64,000 nucleotides of DNA from Methanotrichaceae archaeon (lineage in GTDB: Archaea > Halobacteriota > Methanosarcinia > Methanotrichales > Methanotrichaceae): NCBI GenBank assembly GCA_963748825.1, contig CAVVKN010000010.1, positions 32,001 through 96,000 of the forward strand. Direction: 5' to 3'. Each line of letters opens with the position of its first letter. Position 1 is the first letter of the stretch. This document shows positions 40,892-51,102 of this stretch, one piece after another. The position numbers were made by a program, and so were the translations under genes. The notes beneath the pieces are model-generated. The model saw only the letters and a list, made by a program, of their open reading frames with translations, was not told where the DNA came from and did no database searches.

Positions 40892-41749
40892 ATGTCGTTT
40901 GTTCTGATCAAGGGAACCTTCCACGTGTTGGGCTACAGTCCTGATGGCGATTCAATTAGATTCAAGGCCAAAGACTCCTCTCTCTGGAAGAAGCTCTCCG
41001 GCCCAGCTGTGGAGCTGAATGCGCGGGGCCATGCACAGCTACGCATCGAGGCCGTCGATGCTCTGGAAACGCACTATCAGGGCTTTTGCCAGCCGAATAA
41101 ACCTGCCAGGGCCGCCACCCGCTACCTTCTCTCCCATATGGGAATTAATGAGGTCGTCTGGAATGAGACGCATAGCACTGTGGTCAAGGCCCAGGACGGT
41201 ACGGAGGGTTACATCCTGTCCCGCAGCACAGAGAGCAACCGCCGCCCGGTAGCCTTCGTCTTCGCAGGTGAGACAGAGGAGAAAGACGGAGCAGAGATCA
41301 CTCTGAATGAGTCGATTCTCAAAGAGAGCTATAACTACCGGCTCCTTGGTAGCGGCCTGGCCTATCCCATGTACTACAACGGCCTCTTCTCAGATCTGCG
41401 CCTTCCGTTGACAGAGGCTGTGACAAGCGCCCGAGCGGAAGGGAAGGGACTATGGCCAAACGACAAGACTACTCGGGGATTTTCCGTATCCAGCCTGAAG
41501 ACCATCACTGAAGAGGTGGCCATCCTCCCCAAGCTCTTCCGCCGCATTGTGGATTATATGGGGGATGGCGGCAAGATCGATGGCTTTAAAGAGCATCTTC
41601 AGAAAGGATGTGAGCCCTTAGTTCGGATACAGCAGGTCCACTTCACGAGGCTCGATGCCATTGTTGATGTGCGGGGAGAAAAGGTGAGGCTGGCCGAGGC
41701 GCCTGAGAATCTGATATTCATGGACAAGGTGCTGTGCAAGAAGAGCTGA
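40892..41749 (+). CDS. Thermonuclease (SNase-like) family nuclease
   Basis: DGDSIRF, LRIEAVDALE, RPVAFVF, GLAYP, ARAEGKGLW. Confidence 0.7.
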   Translation: MSFVLIKGTFHVLGYSPDGDSIRFKAKDSSLWKKLSGPAVELNARGHAQLRIEAVDALETHYQGFCQPNKPARAATRYLLSHMGINEVVWNETHSTVVKAQDGTEGYILSRSTESNRRPVAFVFAGETEEKDGAEITLNESILKESYNYRLLGSGLAYPMYYNGLFSDLRLPLTEAVTSARAEGKGLWPNDKTTRGFSVSSLKTITEEVAILPKLFRRIVDYMGDGGKIDGFKEHLQKGCEPLVRIQQVHFTRLDAIVDVRGEKVRLAEAPENLIFMDKVLCKKS

Positions 41750-41773
41750 TGCAGCTACCAGATGGACAAACGG

Positions 41774-41850
41774 TGACTTCCTCCCCACCCGAAAGGATGG
41801 GGCTTCCTTCGACGAACCGACGCGTATTTGTGACATTGAAGGGGCGCACA
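41774..41850 (-). mobile_element. Remnant of an IS200/IS605 (tnpB-type) right end
   Basis: Minus strand GGAAGCCCCATCCTTTCGGGTGGGGAGGAAGTCA hairpin typical of IS605/IS1341 ends; reads KEAPSFRVGRKS like TnpB tails; no tnpA/tnpB ORF; extent uncertain. Confidence 0.5.
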
Positions 41851-42111
41851 TCCTGCCTTCACTTCATCACTGGAATTCTAGATCGTGTCATAGGAAGACC
41901 CCAAGCTCAGCCCGCCGGCGCAGGACTGCAAACAGATACTTCCCGTTCCTTTTTCTCGACTTGCCAATAACCCTGGCACAAGCGCCGCCCAAGCTGCATC
42001 CCTGCCGCCCCTCAGAACTCCAGACTTGTGGGCATTTCGGCCACGAGTGGCCACAGTGATCTCGCTCGATCGCAGCCCGGATAAGCAAGGATCTTCAGCA
42101 CACCTCATCTC

Positions 42112-45069
42112 TCAGCATTTTTTTTTTGGGCAGCCCTTGCCGCAAGCCACCAGAGCGGCCCTCAGCATCTCTATCTTGACCGGCTTGCTTACGTAGCCAT
42201 CCATGCCTGCAGCCAAACACATATCTCGATCGCCCTTGAGGGCAGAAGCGGTCATAGCGATGATCACTGGTCGCTCCCGATCCGGCCATCTTTGACGTAT
42301 CGCCTGGGTAGCTTCCAGGCCATCCATTTCCGGCATCTGCACGTCCATTAACACCACATCGTAATGCTGGCGCTCCAGGGCCTGCAAGACCGCGATGCCG
42401 TTGGCCGCCACATCTGCCCTGTATCCCAGCTTATTGAGCATTTTCTGCGTCACAATCTGGTTAACCAAGTTATCCTCGGCCAGCAGTATGCTCAAACCTT
42501 TATCGAGATCTCCCTGGACATCGACCCTCGATGCATGCCTACCGATTTCAATAGGCCCACAGAGGGTCGGTTCCACCAGGATTGTGAAGTGAAAAGTAGA
42601 CCCCTTGCCAACCTCACTCAGAGCCCACATCTTTCCTCCCATCAGCTCAGCTAGCCTCTTGCTTATGGCCAGTCCGAGGCCAGTGCCCCCGTACCGGCGC
42701 GCTGTCGATGCATCGACCTGACTGAACGACTGGAATAGGCGCCCCATCTTATCCTCTGGAATGCCGATTCCCATATCTTTTACAGCAAAATGGATTTCAT
42801 AGTTGCCGTCTTCTACCGCTCTGCCTGAAACAGAGATGATGATTTTGCCTTTTTCTGTAAACTTCACTGCGTTATTGAGTAAATTAATCAAGATCTGATT
42901 GACCCTGGTGGGATCGCCCAGGATCACCGTTGGAACATAGTCTTCGAAGGTGTACTCTATGTCCAGACCCTTCCGGTTGGCATCCGCGGCCACCATATCC
43001 AGAGACACATCAAGGCAGTCATGCAGGTCAAAAGGCTGGCACTCCAGTTCAATCATCTCCGTTTCGATCTTAGTGAGATCGAGGATGTTGTTGATGATGG
43101 TGAGAAGCGTATCTCCACTGCTGCGGATGATTTCAACATACTCCCTCTGACTCTTCGTGAGGTCCTCATCCAGCAGAAAGCCGGTCATGCCTATTACGGC
43201 ATTCATGGGCGTGCGGATCTCGTGGCTCATATTGGCCAGGAATTCGGATTTGGCTCGCGTGGCGGATTCTGCTTTCTCCTTGGCCCTCTGCAGATCCTTC
43301 TCATTGCGTTTTCGATCTGTGATGTCACGGATGGATTCGATCGCCCCCCAGTAGTTTCCGTCAGAGTCATAGAGAGCCGATGCACTTCCCAGGAGATAGG
43401 TTTCATTTCCGCGCAGATTAGGGATGTAGGCTTCGGCATCGAGAGTGCCGTCTTCTTGCCTCTTCATAGTATCATATCTGTTTTCAAAAATCTGATCTGA
43501 TCCGCGTACTGCATCTATCAGTATCGGTCTGCGCTCACCATAGAAGGGCAGAGCGTATTCATAATCACCCTTTCCCAGGATCTGCTCGGACTTGACGCAG
43601 GTCATCATCTCCATCGATTGGTTCCAGGATATGACTCTTCCTTCTTTGTCGATGACGAATGTCGCATCAGGGAGGAAGTTTATTATGCTCGCAAGAAGAC
43701 GCTCGGACTCTTTCAGAGCGCACTCAGCTTTCTTGCGATCGCTGATGTTTAGAGCTACGTGGACCACTCCCGTGACCATCTCCCTGGCATCCTTGATAGG
43801 ACTGCTCCGAGATAGCCAGGTCTTGCCGTCAGGGGTGATCAATTCTCCTTCTTGGGATTGACCAGTCTGCAGGGCCTTGAAGGCTGTGCAGCCTTCACAG
43901 GGCGTATCGATTCCCTGGATGATCTCAAAGCAGTGTTTTTCCTTGATTTCGTCCTCAGGGATGCCGAGATGCTCTTTAACTGAAGAATTAACCCAGATGA
44001 TGCGCATCTGAGGATCGAGGTATTCTACTGCCACTTTTTTCAGGCCGCTAAGAATTGCGGTTTTTTCCTTTTCCGATTGATTGCTTTCATCAAAAACCAC
44101 CTTCTGACGGATGAACATCAGACCAATGAGGAGTCCGAGGGTGGCGGTTACCATAGAATAGTTGATGGGACGTGAGAATTCCTGGCCCCAGACGAAGAGC
44201 AAAAAGACGGCACTGATCCCAAGGAAGGGCAAGTTGTGAGTCCAATCTGCCCTCCTGCTTTGAACAAGGCCCGAAGCTCTAGATCTATCCAATGGCGAAG
44301 TGTTTATCTGCAGAATTCCTGCCAGCCCCAGGAGTAGGTAACTCACCACCCAGCCGCTATCGAGGAGGCTGCCGGAGACGAATGTTCCCTGCTGTATCTG
44401 AATGCTGAAGATCACATCCGCTAATATTAATATCGCACTGCTGAGAGCCAGAATAATGATGAGACCCTGTTCACGAGAGTCGAGCTTTCTGAAGAGCAGC
44501 TCTATGAGGGCGATGAAAAGGAGCAAGTCCATGACGGGGTAAGCCAGCGAAACCGCAGATTCCAGATCAAATACTTCTATGGAAATAGCAATAGGGGCAA
44601 TTAGTAAGACCCAGAATATCGAAGTGACTGATACAATAACGATCGCAGCATCCAGCAGGATCTTAATTTTCTCCCGAGGAGAAAACGGTACCTCCGGCAG
44701 AAGAAATATGCCCAAAGCGAAGAGAGGGTAGAACATGAGGTAGCCGATGTCCGCCACCGATGGAAACGGATTCTGATGGAGGACGAACTCGATCACAGAC
44801 CAGGATAAATCCCCAAGAGTGTTGAACAACATGGCGGCAGCAATCATTATCCAGGCTTTTCTGGCCCTGCCCACTGATCGACGCGCTGTGTAAAACAAGG
44901 CGGCGGCAGCCAGCCCGCTGGTCATAGTTACAAATCCATCCTCAATTGGAAGGAGGTTCTCATTTCTCTCGCTGAGAACCACCAGTGTCAGGTGAAGCAG
45001 CATGATTGTGGCGGCCAGAATAATGGCGGTGCGAAAAGATAAAAACTTATCACCTTCAGAATCCAACAT
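42112..45069 (-). CDS. Membrane-bound hybrid sensor histidine kinase (multi-TM, 2 PAS, HisKA, HATPase, receiver)
   Basis: [42 protein letters not shown]...[14 protein letters not shown]. Confidence 0.93.
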   Translation of the reverse strand: MLDSEGDKFLSFRTAIILAATIMLLHLTLVVLSERNENLLPIEDGFVTMTSGLAAAALFYTARRSVGRARKAWIMIAAAMLFNTLGDLSWSVIEFVLHQNPFPSVADIGYLMFYPLFALGIFLLPEVPFSPREKIKILLDAAIVIVSVTSIFWVLLIAPIAISIEVFDLESAVSLAYPVMDLLLFIALIELLFRKLDSREQGLIIILALSSAILILADVIFSIQIQQGTFVSGSLLDSGWVVSYLLLGLAGILQINTSPLDRSRASGLVQSRRADWTHNLPFLGISAVFLLFVWGQEFSRPINYSMVTATLGLLIGLMFIRQKVVFDESNQSEKEKTAILSGLKKVAVEYLDPQMRIIWVNSSVKEHLGIPEDEIKEKHCFEIIQGIDTPCEGCTAFKALQTGQSQEGELITPDGKTWLSRSSPIKDAREMVTGVVHVALNISDRKKAECALKESERLLASIINFLPDATFVIDKEGRVISWNQSMEMMTCVKSEQILGKGDYEYALPFYGERRPILIDAVRGSDQIFENRYDTMKRQEDGTLDAEAYIPNLRGNETYLLGSASALYDSDGNYWGAIESIRDITDRKRNEKDLQRAKEKAESATRAKSEFLANMSHEIRTPMNAVIGMTGFLLDEDLTKSQREYVEIIRSSGDTLLTIINNILDLTKIETEMIELECQPFDLHDCLDVSLDMVAADANRKGLDIEYTFEDYVPTVILGDPTRVNQILINLLNNAVKFTEKGKIIISVSGRAVEDGNYEIHFAVKDMGIGIPEDKMGRLFQSFSQVDASTARRYGGTGLGLAISKRLAELMGGKMWALSEVGKGSTFHFTILVEPTLCGPIEIGRHASRVDVQGDLDKGLSILLAEDNLVNQIVTQKMLNKLGYRADVAANGIAVLQALERQHYDVVLMDVQMPEMDGLEATQAIRQRWPDRERPVIIAMTASALKGDRDMCLAAGMDGYVSKPVKIEMLRAALVACGKGCPKKKC

Positions 45070-45675
45070 CTTGATCTCAGTTCCTCCCAATCATTCGAGA
45101 TAGAAGAACTTAACGAAAAAGCTTTTGGTAGTTTGGCATTCAATGGGTAAAATTGCCGAAAGAGTGATATAATAAAATAAAGTCAAGCCAATCGTTTTTT
45201 AGCTTTGGTTAGAACAGATTTGAGAATAAGGGCCGGTCTGGTCATTCTAACCGCATTTAGTATCTTTAAGCCATTGGCCCGCGCTTTGGGCATCTGAGAC
45301 GGTCATATAATAAATATCGTATTTTAATCTAAGCCGCTCTGCTCTATTTGCGCATTGGGGCAACACCACCTGCGATTCCGCTTGACTTGAACACAGGCGA
45401 CCCTTGCTCCGGGCTGGCCCCTTGCGTGCATTTCCTCCGCCGACCCTTGCATACAGCTAATCCCAAGCCAAGCTTCCCGAATGCCCATCACCAGCCTCCA
45501 GGCCTGAGCGGATCTCGCGGACGTTATTGGGACCCAAACGAGTATGACTGATTTTACTGGTAAGATCAAGGCTGACTTGAGATATCCCAGGCCCAGTCGC
45601 GCCTGCGCAGGATGCAAGCAAGATGATACTTGCAGCCTGCCTGGGATCTTAAGCAGATACTTGTTAACGAAATGG

Positions 45676-47403
45676 CTAACCTGTAACTGCAATCCGGTCC
45701 ATCCGCCCGGGCGAGACTGGCGAGAATGCCTGGAAGTATTCTATAAAGGCATCCAGATCGCCAATCCCGCATACCCTATTCTCTCCAGCACTAAAGACTG
45801 CAAAGTTATCTCCCCCATCCGCCAGGAAGTTGTTGGCAGCAATGCGATAACTGCCCTTCGGATCTAGGGATTTTCCATTGACCTTGATGGAGTTGATATC
45901 GACCTTCTGGCCGGAAGGAGCGCTTCTGTTCCAGGTGTAGTTGAAGCCACGAGAGACCTGAAGGATGCTATTTGTCCCAGGGGCCGGATTGTCAAACTGC
46001 TTCTCCAGCAGCTCATCGATCTGGCTGCCGGTCAGATTCATGGTAATTATGTCATTGCTAAAGGGCTGCACGCTGAAAGCTTCGCCGTAAGTCACATTGC
46101 CTGGCCCTTCGTTCTTGCTCGCCTTGTAAATTAGATCGGTACGTATTCCACCAATATTCATGAAAGCGACTACCGCGCCCTCTTGGCCAGCAGAGTAGAG
46201 CTGTGTATCGGCAATGACATCGCCTAAAGCCGATTCACCGGAATTGCTCGGCTTTTTGGAAATATCAGCGGTTATAGATCCAATTACCTCTTGGGCCAGA
46301 GGCTGCGCCAATATCGAGTACTTTTCTACTATTTCTGAAACATCTGCATCTTCAGGTACGTCGCGGGTGACGGCTACGTTCTTGGCTCTGGCCAAAAGAA
46401 CGTCTCCTGTTTCTTTGCTGATTACTAGATCGATGTCGGTAAGGAACTTGCCTTGAGAGCCTGCCTGAGTCACGACGCGTCCGTCAATGGTGGATACATA
46501 AGACTGATGAGTATGTCCCGTGACGAATACATCCACCTCTTTATCGCTGCGTTTGACAATATCAATGATAGATCCTGAGAAATTTTTGCTCTCGCTGGGC
46601 AGCCCCACCTGTTTGCCACCATCATGAATCAGGACTATTATTGTCTTTATTCCCTTTTCCTTCAGTTCCCGAACAACGGCATTAATCGAATCAGCCTCAT
46701 CCAGGAACTCCAGGCCGCGGACGCCGGATGGCGCAACAATGGTGGGAGTATCTTTCAAGGATACGCCAATGAAAGCCACCGGGATTCCATCTATGTCCTG
46801 TATTTTGTAGGGCGGAAAGAGCGTGCAGTTAGTACTACTATTGACCACGTTTGCCGTGAGGTAATTGTAGCCCGCTCCCACAAAGCGATCTTTATCCTGG
46901 CAGCCATCGACCTTGTTGCAACAGCCGTACTGCATGCGCTGCAGCTCCAATGCCCCTTTGTCGAATTCATGGTTGCCCACTGCGGAATAGTCCAGACCGA
47001 TCTCGCTTAATGCCTCAATGGTAGGTTCGTCGTGAAAAAGCGCCGAAACCAGTGGGCTTGCGCCAATGCAATCCCCGGCAGAAACAATAACGGTATTAGG
47101 ATTGGTGGCTTTTAGCGCCTTGATCTGGGTGGCCAGGTAAGACGCTCCCCCAACTGCCACCTTAAAAGGATAATTGGTGATGTTATAGTAGAGAGTCAGG
47201 TTGCCGGAGGGTGGCTCAAGCTGGCCGTGAAAATCATTTAAGGCCACTATCTGAAGCTCAACGGTCTCTTCAGTCGAATTAACAGGTGCACAGGTTGCTA
47301 TGGAAGTGCCAAGTGCCAGAAGTGTGACAATCAATAGACTGCATTTTACAAGAGAAAATTTTAATCGTTTATAAATTGATTTAAAACTTAATATATTTAT
47401 CAA
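45676..47403 (-). CDS. Secreted bifunctional metallophosphatase/5'-nucleotidase
   Basis: NDFHG, SAGD, GNHEFD, TGHTH, GGIR, QPFSN, FLADGGDNF; N-terminal signal; start uncertain. Confidence 0.92.
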   Translation of the reverse strand: MINILSFKSIYKRLKFSLVKCSLLIVTLLALGTSIATCAPVNSTEETVELQIVALNDFHGQLEPPSGNLTLYYNITNYPFKVAVGGASYLATQIKALKATNPNTVIVSAGDCIGASPLVSALFHDEPTIEALSEIGLDYSAVGNHEFDKGALELQRMQYGCCNKVDGCQDKDRFVGAGYNYLTANVVNSSTNCTLFPPYKIQDIDGIPVAFIGVSLKDTPTIVAPSGVRGLEFLDEADSINAVVRELKEKGIKTIIVLIHDGGKQVGLPSESKNFSGSIIDIVKRSDKEVDVFVTGHTHQSYVSTIDGRVVTQAGSQGKFLTDIDLVISKETGDVLLARAKNVAVTRDVPEDADVSEIVEKYSILAQPLAQEVIGSITADISKKPSNSGESALGDVIADTQLYSAGQEGAVVAFMNIGGIRTDLIYKASKNEGPGNVTYGEAFSVQPFSNDIITMNLTGSQIDELLEKQFDNPAPGTNSILQVSRGFNYTWNRSAPSGQKVDINSIKVNGKSLDPKGSYRIAANNFLADGGDNFAVFSAGENRVCGIGDLDAFIEYFQAFSPVSPGRMDRIAVTG

Positions 47404-47511
47404 TTTAAATCCTCCTGATCATGTGATCTTACAGGAAATTACTTCTTACAAATAAACTTTGCCAAAAAAGAATTTTGCTTTATTTTAATGTTGAGTCTAT
47501 GATTTTTATTA

Positions 47512-47724
47512 GTGGCCTTATGTCTATCCTTTAACATCGCTGCAGATGCGAGGCATCCTGAGGTTGGTGATTACGTCCGGGTAAGCTACAACATCGGGGC
47601 TGGGCCGAGCGTGTCCTACGAAGGAAACATAACGGACATCGAGGATAGCCTGATCTGCTTGAATTGCTCCCAGATGGTAGCGATGAATGGACACGGGGAA
47701 GGGGCAGGTCCTGAAGGGGTTTAA
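47512..47724 (+). CDS. Small hypothetical protein or truncated remnant of a secreted protein
   Basis: Hydrophobic leader followed by PEVGDYVRV...YEGNITDI; 5' end unclear. Confidence 0.3.
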   Translation: MALCLSFNIAADARHPEVGDYVRVSYNIGAGPSVSYEGNITDIEDSLICLNCSQMVAMNGHGEGAGPEGV

Positions 47725-47942
47725 TATCCATTCGATGATGCCATTAAGCGTGCTCCCGGCCCCCTGGCGCGCGAGCGTACTCCCTGTCAGGAACCTGGCT
47801 TGATTGGTGGGGTAGATGAGGCACCCGGTGGTTCTACAGCTGCACTTCTGATACTCGGCATAGCTTCTTTCGTTGATCTGGAACTAAAATATTGACGAAC
47901 GGGTAAAGAACCAAGTTCAATACACCGTTCGGCTCTTTTGAG

Positions 47943-49508
47943 CTATGCCTCCCTCTCAAAAGCGACTTTGCTAGTAAAAACGCCTCCGATAATCTCCAGG
48001 TTATTCGCCTGGCCATCCGGCCCGATTTGGAACAGTGCAAACCCCTTCTGATCGCTTAACTCAGGCTCGGAGATACTGAAGGTATCCCTGTTCCATGGCG
48101 TTAAGAACATCTTCACATTCCCAGGGCCTGCGGTCGCTACCAGGGACTCGTTCTCCTGGCTGATGTTGATCATGCCATAGATTTGGTCGCTGTAGTTGCC
48201 CACGTATCTTTCTAAAGGCAGTGCCGGTTCGGGCGAAGTCGGTTGTTTGGGATAGCTGGCAATTGTTTGGTTCTCGATCATCTTTGTCTGATCAAGTGCT
48301 ACTGCGCTGTAATCCTTTGCCGGATTGCCGAAGTACAGATCGAAGAAGCGATAGGCAAGAGATTCGGGTAGCTCAGAATCTATATTGGATAATACCACAA
48401 TCCCTATGTCGGCCTGGGGAACGAAAGCCACCATGCTATGATGACCCAGAGTCCCTCCGTTATGCCAGATGATTGGATAGGGCTTTGACTCCCGGTATAC
48501 CCAGCCTAGACAATAGTATGCGTTGTTCGCAGACGCCAGCGGGCTTACAATGGTCTTGGGTGAGTGCATGTAAAGGGTGCTGTTCTCACTTAAGAGCTGT
48601 TGGCCCTCAAAGCTGCCGTTGTGCATCTGCAGGCGCAGCCATTTGGTCATATCAATTATGTTGGAGTTGATCCCGCCGGCTGGGCCGTAGATGTAGACCC
48701 AATCCATGTATCTCCAGTCCATGGGCAAGGCAGTGACACTTCCGTTTCTAATCTGATGCAGATAGGCCACGTCTTCGGCCTGCTGGAAAGATTTCATGTC
48801 CACAGTGGAGTTGGACATTCCCAGTGGCTGGAAGATCTTCTTCTGGACGTTCTCTTCCCAGCTCTCATCAGTCAGGTTTTCCACCAGCTTTGCGGTGGCC
48901 AGGAATAAAGTGTTCTGGTAGGCATAGGCAGAGCGGAAACTGGTCTCAGGCTCTGTATAGCGCAATGACCGCACCAGGTAATCACGATCATAGCCCAGGG
49001 TAACCAGATCATCTCCGGTGTGCGCTGGCAACCCGCTGCGCTGTGCCATTAGATCCGTCACTGTGAACTCCCTGGTGACCCAGGGATCATACATCTTGAA
49101 GTCCGAAAGGTGATCTATCACCCTGTCGTCCCATTTAACCTTCCCAGCATCCACCTGCATGGCCACCAGGGCGGCGGTAAATGCCTTGGAGGTAGATCCT
49201 ATCTGAAAGATGGTGTCGGGAGTAACTCGGTCGCTGGAATCCACTTTTTTAACACCAAAGGTTTTGAGGTATACGGTTTCGTTCCCACGAACGATGGCCA
49301 CAGCCATACCGGGAACCTTCCAGTCGTTCATGCCCATCTCGGCGTACTGTTCGAAATCATTAAGGATCTCATTGAGCTTGGCTTCGTCAGGTGCCTGGGG
49401 TAGGCCACTAGAGGCAAACGTGCTGTTCGAGGCTCCTAGGCAGCATCCCAGGAGCAGTAGAAACGCTATGAATCCGGCCATAATTGGTCGGGCCAATCTT
49501 CGGGTCAT
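47943..49508 (-). CDS. Secreted serine hydrolase, class C beta-lactamase-like (DUF3471-like C-terminus)
   Basis: Signal peptide; SxxK in FQIGSTSKAFT, YAYQN, WHNGG, LERYVGNY. Confidence 0.9.
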   Translation of the reverse strand: MTRRLARPIMAGFIAFLLLLGCCLGASNSTFASSGLPQAPDEAKLNEILNDFEQYAEMGMNDWKVPGMAVAIVRGNETVYLKTFGVKKVDSSDRVTPDTIFQIGSTSKAFTAALVAMQVDAGKVKWDDRVIDHLSDFKMYDPWVTREFTVTDLMAQRSGLPAHTGDDLVTLGYDRDYLVRSLRYTEPETSFRSAYAYQNTLFLATAKLVENLTDESWEENVQKKIFQPLGMSNSTVDMKSFQQAEDVAYLHQIRNGSVTALPMDWRYMDWVYIYGPAGGINSNIIDMTKWLRLQMHNGSFEGQQLLSENSTLYMHSPKTIVSPLASANNAYYCLGWVYRESKPYPIIWHNGGTLGHHSMVAFVPQADIGIVVLSNIDSELPESLAYRFFDLYFGNPAKDYSAVALDQTKMIENQTIASYPKQPTSPEPALPLERYVGNYSDQIYGMINISQENESLVATAGPGNVKMFLTPWNRDTFSISEPELSDQKGFALFQIGPDGQANNLEIIGGVFTSKVAFEREA

Positions 49509-49929
49509 TTTTTCCCTCCTTAGATATTCGAGCCTTCAGAGGAATTTTACATAGTGATTCTGCAGGCCCTAATTAATAATAGAATTTTTAGCTATTTAAA
49601 TTTAATTAAATCATCTGAATCAAATTATGAAGTGAGAATAATCATCGTAATAATAGCTGCTTTAAAGATGTTTATGATGAGTTGCCAAATTACGTGCGAA
49701 TTTATCATCAAAATCGCAGATAATGTCATAGAACCGATGGCGTCGAAGGACTTGGGGAGCTGCAAAAGCTGCCATGATATAGTTGAATACGCATGCCCTT
49801 TATCCCAGCCGCTGCAAGCAGCGGGGTATTACGTTTAAAAATAATTGTTCGGTTTTATCTGCAAATGCTTGGCACACCGCAGAGTATATTTCATTTGATT
49901 CCAATGAGCCTAATACAAAGCTCAATCGC

Positions 49930-51024
49930 ATGAGGCAGAAAAATATGGGTGTATCGGCCACAAAGGTTGTTTTATTATGCGTATTCCTCTTCTTAGGAAT
50001 GGTACTGCCGGGAATTTTAATGCAGCCCGAAGCATCTTTACAGGCCTGGGATGTGAAAGAGAGCGACTTTCCCACCAATTCCAGCTCGGTGGAGAAGCTG
50101 ACCTTCCTGCTCAATTATGCCATACTAGCGCCCTCCAGCCATAACAGCCAGCCCTGGATGTTTAACGTCTCAGAGGGCAATATCCGGGTGTTCGCCGATA
50201 AATCTGGATGGCTGAAGGTCGCAGATGCCGATCGAAGGGAGCAATACCTAAGCCTCGGCTGTGCCCTGGAAAATCTGATTATCGCAGCTGAGCATTTCGG
50301 CTACAACTGCAGCGTTTCCTACTTCCCCGGCCCGGACGACCATGTGGCTACAGTCTCACTGCTGACCAACTCAAGGCCTCCCTCGGATTCCCGGCTCTTT
50401 TATGCCATAACTTCCCGCCAGACCAACCGCAATCCTTACGAGCCGCAGGCTATCTCGGAAGCCGATTTGGAGACGATCAAGAGCCTCAGCTCCGATCCTG
50501 ACGTAGGGATCTTCATAACCCGCGATTCTGCCATTAAGAAAAGCTTCCGGGATCTTGTAGTCCAGGCAAATGGCATTCAGTATTCCGATGTCAACTTTAA
50601 GAGCGAGCTGGGCCGCTGGCTGGGCCTGGGCGTCATGGGGCCCACAGGTATTGAGGCCAAGATGGCTCAGATGGCGGTTGTCTTTTTAGATGTGGGACCC
50701 GAGCAAACTAAAAAGGACGCTGATCTGATCAACAGCACACAGTACCTGGGCTTCATCAGCACAGCAAATAACGATCGCATATCATCCATCAAGGCGGGAA
50801 GGACCCTGGAGCGTTTCTGGCTTGCCGCCACAGCTCTGGGCATAGGCTTGCATCCCATGAGCCAGGCACTGGAGGTGCCTCAGACAAAGGCAAATCTGAC
50901 CGTTCTCTTGCCTGCCCAATCAGGGATGTTGCAGGTGCAACAGGCCTTCCGGCTGGGCTATGCCAAGTCGACCTCGGAGCATTCGACAAGAAGGCCGCTG
51001 CAGGAAGTGCTGATAACGCAGTAA
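49930..51024 (+). CDS. Acg-family FMN-binding nitroreductase-like protein with N-terminal membrane anchor
   Basis: LAPSSHNSQPW, SLGCALENL, RQTNR, AGRTLERFWL, FRLGY. Confidence 0.85.
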   Translation: MRQKNMGVSATKVVLLCVFLFLGMVLPGILMQPEASLQAWDVKESDFPTNSSSVEKLTFLLNYAILAPSSHNSQPWMFNVSEGNIRVFADKSGWLKVADADRREQYLSLGCALENLIIAAEHFGYNCSVSYFPGPDDHVATVSLLTNSRPPSDSRLFYAITSRQTNRNPYEPQAISEADLETIKSLSSDPDVGIFITRDSAIKKSFRDLVVQANGIQYSDVNFKSELGRWLGLGVMGPTGIEAKMAQMAVVFLDVGPEQTKKDADLINSTQYLGFISTANNDRISSIKAGRTLERFWLAATALGIGLHPMSQALEVPQTKANLTVLLPAQSGMLQVQQAFRLGYAKSTSEHSTRRPLQEVLITQ

Positions 51025-51057
51025 AGCAGACAGAAAACAAAATAGAAGACAAAAAAG

Positions 51058-51087
51058 AAACGGCTTCCGATCATCCGAAAGCCGTTT
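51058..51087. terminator. Hairpin terminator between convergent genes
   Basis: AAACGGCTT...AAGCCGTTT stem flanked by A and T tracts. Confidence 0.55.
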
Positions 51088-51102
51088 TCACCAATTTCCT
51101 TC

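Noticed and set aside
29060-41800. Prophage or integrative element enclosing the R-M island
   Set aside because: No integrase, tRNA target, flanking att repeats or viral structural genes could be seen
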